A stretch of 64,000 nucleotides of DNA from the NCBI GenBank assembly GCA_001724265.1, contig MEDY01000033.1:1-64000 (forward strand), given 5' to 3'. Under the pieces are notes generated by a model. It had not been told where the DNA came from, searched no databases, and worked only from the letters and a program-made list of their open reading frames with translations. Source of the stretch: Rhizaria sp. SCN 62-66. Taxonomy: Eukaryota. Positions 31,201-40,100 of the stretch are shown here, in pieces; positions within the stretch are counted from its first letter, which is position 1, and each line of letters starts with the position of its first letter. A program made the position numbers and the translations under genes.

Positions 31201-34084
31201 AGTAGGAAGGCACGAGCGCCGAGACGTCGCGCACACGCAAGACGGTCTTGTCAGCTGGAGTAGAGTCGGAACACGTCTTTGCGTCCTGAACATCATCGTC
31301 ATCGTCATCATCGTTCATGGTCTTGATGTTATCACCACTCACGTGTATCTTCTTGTCATCATTCGTGTCAACGAAATGCTGCTGTTCGGACAAGTGCTCA
31401 GCGTACTGCGCGGTCGACGTGAGCACCACGTCCTCGCGCCATGCACGGTACAGCGCCTTCTCCACGCGGCTCGCGGACCAGAGCGCGCGCAGCGGGCCGG
31501 GCGCGGGACCTAGCGCGCGCGCCTCAGCGGGGACACCGCGGGCGTCAGCGTCGCTGGCGTCGTCGTCGTCGCTGCTGTCACCGCCAGAGTTCGCGCTTGC
31601 CTTGCTGGCGTGGCTGTGAGCCGCCGGAGGGAAGAGCTGGCCGTTGCGGATATCGATAAGCCAGTGCTGCGGGTCCTGGGGCTGCGGCTCTGTCTCGGCA
31701 GCGGGGTACGCAAAGGACAGGGCGACGGCCAGGCGACGGGCACCACGGGGAGGGCCCTGTGGCGACTGCGGCTGCGCACTGGTGTCGGCGCTTGCTACGG
31801 CCACAGCAGACACGGAGTCGGGACTTGCACTGACGTCAGCAACAGCAACAGCTGAAGAAGCGGATGTCGCTGGGGACGCCTTAGCACTGCAGCTGTCGCT
31901 GCCGCTGTAATCACTCCCACTGGTATCGCTCTCATCGCCCATGGAGCCCTTGGACTTCTTGGTGCCGCTCTTAGACGTTGAGCCTCTCGCCTTCGATTCA
32001 GCTGACTTAGAAGCATTCTTCGTAGCGCCAGCACCCTTCGACTTGGCAGTCACATTCCGACTCTCATCAGCACTTGACCCATCGCTATCACTGTTGGTGG
32101 TGATTTTGGCTGTTGATGTCCCGTCAGGCGTAAACCAAGGCGCAAACGGAGCAGCAGTGATGCGAACACAGTCAGCAGCGGCGCCCGCACCCGCAGTCTT
32201 ATTAGAACTGCCAGTCTGCCTATGTGCGGTTGCCTTAGCGCCACCTGCCTTGCCACCCTTGGCGCCCGACTTCGCGCCGCGCGTCGGTGCTGCAGTGGGC
32301 GACGGCCAGTGCGAGAGACCGAGCGCGCGGGCCGCGTCTTGAGGTCCAGAGCCGGCAATGACCGTGTATGCAATCTTTCGCTCATCGCGAGCCTCACTGC
32401 CCGCGGGCGAGTCGTTTGCACCGGCGCCTGCGCTTGCACTGCTCCGGAGACGCAGTCGCAGTGAGTTGGAGCCAGATGGCGTGAGCTGCGACGCGGGCCG
32501 CAGGTGCGCAGGAACGAGCGACGAGGGCAGCATGTACAAAACGCGACGCGCACGCATGGCAGCAATCGTTGCGGCAGTAGGAGAGACTACGTTGTCAGCG
32601 GAGGCGTTTGAGCTCGCCGCAGAGGTAGTCGCAGCCTGGTTCGGCGACGTTGAGCTCTTGGCATTGTCATCATCACGTTTGAGCTCATCACCATCGTCAT
32701 CGGCGCTGCCGTTATCACTGTCACCACTGTCCGAGCTCGCATTCTTCTTACTCTTCGACTTGCTACCCACATTGTTCTTGTTGTTCTGGGTGTTTTTGTC
32801 GCTACTACTAGTCTTGCTTTTCTTGTTCTTAGCGGTCTTGTCGGCATTATCACTTGCATCAGAGCTGTCGTCACTGTTGTCAGACGCCGCCGTCTCGCTC
32901 GAGCTCGCACACAACTCGTCTGAGTTCTCCTCAGCGGCAGAGCTCGCATCGGAGTCAACATCACCTCCGCTATCGTCATTGTCACTGTCTGAGGCAGAGT
33001 CCGCGTTTGAGCCCGAGTCGTCGTCAGAGTCTTGGTCAGAGTTCGATGAATCGTCGTCCTTCATTGCGCGGCCCTTGATCTTCGATGGCAGGCTCTTAGA
33101 CTTGGAGGTGGCACTCTTGGAGTTCTTGGATGCAGAAGCCTTGGACGTAGAGCCTGATTTACTGTTCTTAGATAATCCCTTTGTTGAGCCCGTCTTGGTC
33201 CCCACAGCTGATTGAATCTTGCTCGTCTCATCGCCCTTGATCTTGTTCTTGGAGTGGCTTTTCATGGATGACGCCACAGTTGCTGAGGTAGATGTTGGTG
33301 ACACCTTCGCACTGCTCGAACGAGAATGCGCCTGTGACTGCAATTGCGATTGTGGCTGTGAAAGCGAGGGAACTGGTGGCTTTCGAGTCGAGTCGCTGTA
33401 CGAAACAACACCAGGTCCTCGGTCGCGGCCTGTCCGCCTCACGGCTACGTTGTCATCATCGTCTTCACTGGACCCGTTCTCATCATCGTCGTCGGTGTGA
33501 TCTTGCTCTGACGCGTCGTTGTCATCACGGTCATCGTCGTCAGTGTCATCAGTGTCAGTGCCACTGCCCCCACTGTCACTCTCGTGATTCTTACCCTTAG
33601 CCTTGTTACTTGTCTTTGCACTTGCCTTAGGCTTGTTCTTCGCACTCGTCCCGTGCTTTTCTCCTGCAGAGCTACTCAGGGTGGACGAGTCCTTGCCATA
33701 CTTGCTCACAGCCGCTGCAGTCGCGGACGCAGCACTTACAGCCGCGCTACTCGCACCCTTGCCGCCCTTCAGCGGGGACTTCTTGGGGGCCGCAGTGGAC
33801 TTGGAGGACGAGGTTAGCGACGGTGGGGCATGCTTGCTTGCGCCTGCAGAAGCTGAGGCGGGCGCGGGGCCAAACGCAGAGACACCAAGGGACGGTGATA
33901 CAGAAACAGCAGGCGCTTTAGGGGCAGAAAGCAGTGGTGACGAGGCTGCAGAAGCAGATGCTGAGCCTGAGCTGCTGGAGGTTACGCGAGTGAAGCCGAA
34001 TCTAGCGAGACTGGCGGCAGAGGAGGACACGGAGGCAGACTTCTTGCTCGCCGGGGCGGACTTGCCGGCCGCACTGCGGGGCAT
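25283..34084 (-). CDS. Large low-complexity nuclear protein with a PEHE-like motif (KANSL1/MSL1 type) and a C-terminal CW-type zinc finger, ~2933 aa
   Basis: Probable start MPRSAAGKS at 34084. C-terminal [15 protein letters not shown]...YFC...RC fits zf-CW. [11 protein letters not shown] and [23 protein letters not shown] fit the two halves of PEHE. Also (GR)n tracts and K/D/S-rich blocks. Stop is TAA. Confidence 0.75.
   Translation of the reverse strand: [2933 protein letters not shown]
27432..27512 (-). repeat. Coding (Gly-Arg)n repeat, about 13 units; a shorter copy lies at ~25825-25867
   Basis: Translates as [28 protein letters not shown] with mixed codons. Confidence 0.85.
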
Positions 34085-35178
34085 GGCTAGGCAACTCGAG
34101 AAGAGGCCAGTAGACCGAATGAAAGTGTGGTGTGGCACAAAGGCGAGCTGGTTGCTCTGGGGTTGAGGAAGGCGAGGGAATAAAAAGCCACAGTTCAAAT
34201 TTCGCATTAGTTTAAGAAGATATAATCGGGCATCGTAATGGATAAATTAGCAATGTAACTGCTAATAAGAGTCCGAATTAAAATTGAAGAAAGCTCATGG
34301 AGATCTAGCAAGAAGAATGATTGGCACTCAGAAAGGCGCGAATGAGGCCCTTAAATGGAAAACGAAGGATATAACGGCGTCAGTACCGACAAACAGGGCA
34401 TGAAGAGCAAATTAAGGTAGAATTATCAAATTTGTTGTCAATTGTTAAAGTAATATTCCGTATTCATGCTATACTGCTTCATTGGTCATGCTTCAAACAA
34501 ATCATAGTTGGCACCATGCCAGTTCATACACTACGCTTTTCTTCGCTCCCAGTCAAAATCTCAGTCTTGCCATGCGAATCAACCATGTTTGGACAAGTCT
34601 CTGTCATCCCTCTCCAATCACAGTGAAAGGAGTTGTTTTGACTCAAGCCGGCATTGCAAACACACAATGTGGCATTGCAACTACTGTGATCGATGTCCTC
34701 AATCCGCTGTTTGTTGTGAGCGAGGCGGCTCGCTAGTCACGAGTGCCCATCAGAATGTGCCGATATCAAGCACAAATGCGTGATGATCAAAACTTTGCAC
34801 CAGCGGTCATTGGCGCGGTGAATTGAAATGCTGTGTACCGTGTGCGCAGTTGTTTTTAGCCTTTGTGGCATCGGTCCTCGTTCTTTTCAAGTCACCTCAG
34901 CTCTCCACTGGTTCCGTACAGTCGCAGTTTGTGGTATGTGGTCAAATCCCAATCTCCTCAAGAAGCTCGTATCCGAATGCCACATGGCATCATACCATCG
35001 TCAATGTGCATGCTTTCTTGTGTCTTTTATGCTACTCTTCAATTTTCAGCTTTCTTTAAAATTCCAATATCACTATATCGACTGTATACCTGTCAAAACC
35101 ACGTTCTTGTTGCTCCGCCTCACCTGCTTTTCTCACGTATTCCACCATCTCTTTGGCACTCTCACCAGCTCTCCCCCG

Positions 35179-36721
35179 ATGCTTCGCCGCCCGGGCGCGA
35201 CCCTCTCACGTGTGTTTACGAGCCGAGTTCCTTCCATCTTGATCAAGGCGCCTGCCCGCGCTTTCACGAGCTCATCGCAGTCTTTTGAACGCGTTCGCCC
35301 CTCCGATTCAATCCCCGACGTCGTCGAGAAGATGCTTGCAAACGGGCAGAGGCGTGCATATCTTGCTCCCAACGATCTTACTGGTTAGTTTGAGGCGTCA
35401 CATCCCATGTTCAAGGACCACGTACGTTGCTATCTTGTATCAACGACTCTCCTGCTCCGAAAACCTCGATACTCTATATCGAAGCTCTCCGCTTGTGTCT
35501 GTGGTCTTATATTGTTTTTTTGCTCTTTATGATGTCTCATTGTAGATCCTGACCTCTGTCATTGACGACGAGCGCGACTACGACCGCCATGAGGCGATTT
35601 TTCTTGAAGTCGGCGCCGAGACCAAGGCCCTGCACGCCGTCTTCCTCCACAACACGACCCGCGGCGCCGGTGCTGGCGGTGTGCGCGCGATGCATTACCG
35701 CGCGCTCGAGGACTACGTCAAGGACGGTCTGCGTCTTTCGCAGTCGATGTCGCACAAGTGCGCGCTTGCTGGCATTTGGTGGGGCGGCGGCGGCTCGCTC
35801 ATCTCGCTTCCCGACCCACGCAAGGGCTCGTTCGACCGCGCGGCGCTGTTCCGCGAGCACGGCCGCTTCGTCACATCGCTCCAGGGCTGCTTTTTCACCG
35901 GCAAAGACCTCGGTGTGACGGAGGAAGACATGGCGACCGTGCACCAGCAGACTCGCTTTGTGATGAACGTCCCGCCCGCGGTCGGCGGCAGCGGCGATCC
36001 TTCTGGCTTCACCGGCAAGGGCGTCGTCGTCGCGATGGAGGCCGCCGTGACGCACGCCAAGCTCCCCGGCATCCAGGGCCTCTCGCTTGCCGTCATGGGC
36101 GCCGGTAAGGTCGCGCGCTCCGTCGTTGCCGCCGCGCTGGACAAGGGCGTGGAGCGCGTGATTGTTGCCGACCCCGACGCGGCCGCGGTTGCGAGCATGC
36201 AAGCCATCTTCAACGACGGCCGCGTGTTGATCAAGCACGTCGACCCGACCGACATCTCGATCGTGGCCGAAGACGTCGACATCCTCGCGCCCTGCGCCAC
36301 GGGCGGTGTGCTGAACCCGATGACGATCCCGGCTATCAAGGCCAAGTTCATCGTCGGCGGCGCCAACAACCAGCTGCTAGACAAGGTGCGCGACGCAGTG
36401 CTGCTCAAGAACCGCGGGATCACGTTCGTACCCGACTACATCTGCAACCGCATGGGCGTGATGGTCGCCACGGCTGAGACGGCGGGCACGATGATCAACG
36501 ACCCGCTGCTGCTGCGCCACCTGGACAAGAGCTACCCGCGCGGCATCTACGCAATGACGCACATGGTGCTCGACCGCGCAGAGGCCGACAACACCACCAC
36601 GGCGCACGCCGCGCGCGTCGTCGCCGAGGAGTTGTGCCAGCAGCCGCACCTCATCCTGCCCAACCGCGCGAGGAGCATTGCGCAGTCGCTCCGCCAGCAC
36701 GGCTGGGTGTACAATGGCTGA
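35179..36721 (+). CDS. Glu/Leu/Phe/Val dehydrogenase family protein with mitochondrial-type presequence, 472 aa; exons 35179-35421 and 35546-36721; in-frame TAG at 35386-35388
   Basis: Arg/Ser-rich N-terminus without acidic residues (MLRRPGATLSRVFTSRVPS). Motifs HNTTRGAGAGGVR, MSHKCALAGIWWGGG, GSGDPS, GAGKVA, DILAPCATGGVL, GGANNQL and VPDYICNRMG. Stop is TGA. Confidence 0.9.
35422..35545 (+). other. Spliceosomal intron (124 nt, phase 0) in the dehydrogenase gene
   Basis: CAC|GTACGT donor, identical to the donor at 48262. T-rich tract and TTGTAG|ATC acceptor. Phases match only if the upstream TAG is translated. Confidence 0.85.
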
Positions 36722-37102
36722 ACTTAAGTTAAGGCATTTAGCCACTCCTGCAGCCATTCCTGTTTTGACTTCTGGAGCATTCCTTTCTTACCCTTGTACT
36801 CTTTGGTCAGAGTGTGAAACGTGTTATATCTAGTTAATTACTGCTTGTCACTTTGCCTTGTGTGCTTTGTTCCCCTAATAATCGTAATACAAGGTGTCAA
36901 TCAACATTGTTGCGTGGGGGACATAAAGATGCTGTATTTACATGGGTAGTTGAATCTTGAACGCGTAATTGTACACTGAAGTATGGCAAACTAAAATATA
37001 ATTGAAAATGAGTAAAGTTCGAAACAAATACGTACGATTGATGAGATAAGCAAAAAATTGTTGATTTGGGGCACATGTTTGATTTTTGATTCTAGGGTCA
37101 TT

Positions 37103-40100
37103 TCATTCGTTGTTCTCCAACGTGGCAGTAGTATGACTGGTCTTGCTCTTGTCTTTGCGGACACGAATCGTCTTATTGACGATCACAATACGGCGCGTCT
37201 TCTCGGGCTTGCTATCCCCAGCAACACCTGCAGCAGCATGTGTCATCGCATCAATCGCCGCACCAGCAGCAGCTGCGGCACTGGCGTCAGTGCCACTCGT
37301 GACCGTGACAGAGGGACGGCGGGTGACTGTCTTCACTGTGGTCGTGCGACGAATTACAGAGACAGTGCCACGCTTGCGGGCTGCGTCGCCGTTATTCGTG
37401 TCACTAGTGTTAGAGCTGGCAGTCGCAGTACTATTCGCATTGCTGTTCGACGATGCTTGGGCAGGGAAAGCAGCCAGTGCAGCGACAACAGCAGCAGCAG
37501 GGGAAACAAGCTTGACGGGGCTCTTGACGCGACCAGTGTTGCTATCGGAGTTGTTGTTGTTGTTTGAAGCAGTCGCCTGCTGGTTCTTCGCGACAGGGCT
37601 CTTGACGGTGGTGTTCGGGTTGCTGCTATTGTTACGCTTGCTTGTGGGGCTCTTCGCAGGGCTCGCCTTCGTGTTCGCGCCCGCGCTAGTTTGAGAATGA
37701 GCGTTCGCGTTGCCACCGAACATAGCAGCGCGAGCAGAAACATTACTACCGGCGACAGCAGCAGCAGGGCGAAAAGCAGGAGCGGCAACAGCTCTCTTCG
37801 TATTCCCACCATCAGCAGCAACAGCAGCAGAGTGGGCCGCGTTAGTCGTGCTGTTGCTAGTCTTGTTACCGTGAGAAACTGTTCCGCCAAACATGCTGGC
37901 AATAGCCGCAGCCTTCGTGCCCACCGCGTTGCCACCACTCGCCGTCACAGCAACTTGATCGTGAGAGACAGCAGCAGTGGTCGAGCTACTGCTATTGTTG
38001 CTAATCGTGTTCGTTGCAGGAGCGTTGAACCCACCCACATAGACGGCAGGAATGGATGAGAATGTCGCAGCAAGCGCGCTCACCCGACTGCTTGCGGAGC
38101 GCTGCTTGCTCGCACTCTTGGGGACAGGTGAGCTCGGCTGCGCTGCAGTGGTGTTATCATCATTCGAGTGATCCTGCAAAACAGCCTTCTTCGCGGGTGT
38201 CTCAGAAGCAGCGTTCTTGAGCTTTTGCGGGGACTTTGCGCCCGTGGTGTCGTTCGCAGGTTTAGAGCTCGCATCTGTGTTGTTGTTATTGGCAGCATTG
38301 TGGAGCCAACGCTTATGAGCAGCACCCTCACCCTTACCAACAGCAGTGACGTTAGCAGCAGCAGAGTCTCTTTGCTTGTTGTTATTCTGGCCCTTGTTGT
38401 CAGCAGCCGCAGAAGACTCCGCCTTCGCAGCAGCGGCGACAACTGCACCAGCCCTCTTGGGAGGACTGCTCTTTGCTGCATCGCGCTGGTTCGCAGTGCT
38501 CACGTCACCGCTCGTGTTCTTTGTGCTGCTCGTGCTATTGTTGTGACTCGTCTTGCGCAGAGCAGCTGCACGGAAATCACTCACATCTGCAGTGGCAACA
38601 ACACGAGCAGCCTCGTCCTTCTTCTGAGCGTTCGCTTGATGTGCGTTCTTGCTGTTGCTATCACTCTGAGCCTGTGGCCCAGTCACCGAGGAACCTTTGT
38701 TCTTGCCGTTGGGTGTCTGCCTTTGCTTCTGCTGCTCGTTTTTGTCGTTATTGTTGTTGTTACTCTTGCCACTGACAGTGACACTGTGAGAGCTCACGGG
38801 TGCAGCGATGTTCGCCTTTGTGGTCGAGCCGGCAACGTTGCTGTCACGAGACTTGCCCTTCTTAGGAGTTGCAGATGCAACAGCATTAACACCTAAAGCA
38901 GGAGCATGATCGCCGGCATTCACGTTCGCGCCACTGATGCCACCATTCGCAGCCTTAGCATTGCCTCTGCCACCCTTGCCCTTGGCCGGTGTCGTAAACA
39001 GCGTCCGCTTCGCCCGATCGCCGCTGGCATGCTCATCCTCAGCAGTAGCGTCACCACCGGCGGCAGCCGCAGCGGCAGCAGCGCGCGCGGCCCCGCGCTG
39101 GGTCTTCTTCGCCTTGAGCTGGTTGTTCGCATACTCGCGCGCCCACGTCGACGCCAAACGCGCCGACTCAGCGGTAATGTCACCAAAAGCGCCCGCAAAC
39201 ATCGCCAGAAAGTCACCCCAGAGAGTGAAAATAAGCTCCCAAGCCCCCTTAGCGTCTGGCTCAACAAGCAACACGGCCAAATCTGCGCCGTTCTTGCTCG
39301 CCTTCTCAAGCCGCGACTTGACCTCCGTGACTCGAGCGGTGATATAGTCCAAAGTGCTATCAACAAGAGCGAGTGCATCAGTCTCAGCCGTCGCGATAGC
39401 GACCCACTCGGCCGGAGGAGATACGCTCGCTGACTCAGCCTTGTCACTGTTGGTCTTACTGTTCTTCGCTGCGTCAGCAAGAATCGCGGCCATCGCTACC
39501 TGGCGCGCACGGAGGCCCTTGACATAGGTCGTGAACTTATTGCACTGCCCTCCCAACGCAGAGATGTCGCTCGTCAAGCTCGCCTGCTCAATGCGGGCCG
39601 CGGTGGCAAACGCGGCGGCCGAGGGCGCCAGCATCGAGCAGAGGTCGCTGTGTTTGCGCATGAGAATGCGGGTGAGGAAGTGGGCGAGATTGGCCTGTGG
39701 CGGCAGCGGGATGCGCGGGCCGGTCAGGTCGAGGCTCACGGCACCGGTCTCGGGGTTCGTTACGATGACAACAGCGCTCGCTGCCACATCCGTCGTTGCG
39801 GCAGCGTTGCCACTGCTCTCAGCTGTGCTCTCGTTGGCGCCGTCATTCTTGTTAGAGATGGCGTTGTTGCGCTTCGCAGAGTCGATCTTGACGGCGCTCA
39901 GCTTGCTCAAATCCTTCAGCTTGACCGCATACACACCAGCCTTGCCCTCTGACATCGCGTTGAGCGTGTTGCCCGCAGTCAGCGCGGTTGCCAAGAGCGT
40001 GCGCGTGTGCGCCGAGTCCTTAATGGTGCTCTGTGCCTTAAGGACGATGTCGAGCGAAGTGTCGATCGAGCGCACCCACGCAGGGAACTCGCGCTGAAAG

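Noticed and set aside
34432-35060. Short ORFs between the PEHE gene and the dehydrogenase, one ending in TAG at 34734-34736
   Set aside because: No recognisable motifs, and a TGA follows after about 30 codons even with readthrough. Not usable as evidence for the code.
35384-35545. Intron starting at GTTAGT (35384), which would remove the TAG
   Set aside because: A phase-1 donor with a phase-0 acceptor causes a frameshift. The donor also differs from the GTAYG consensus seen in the other introns.
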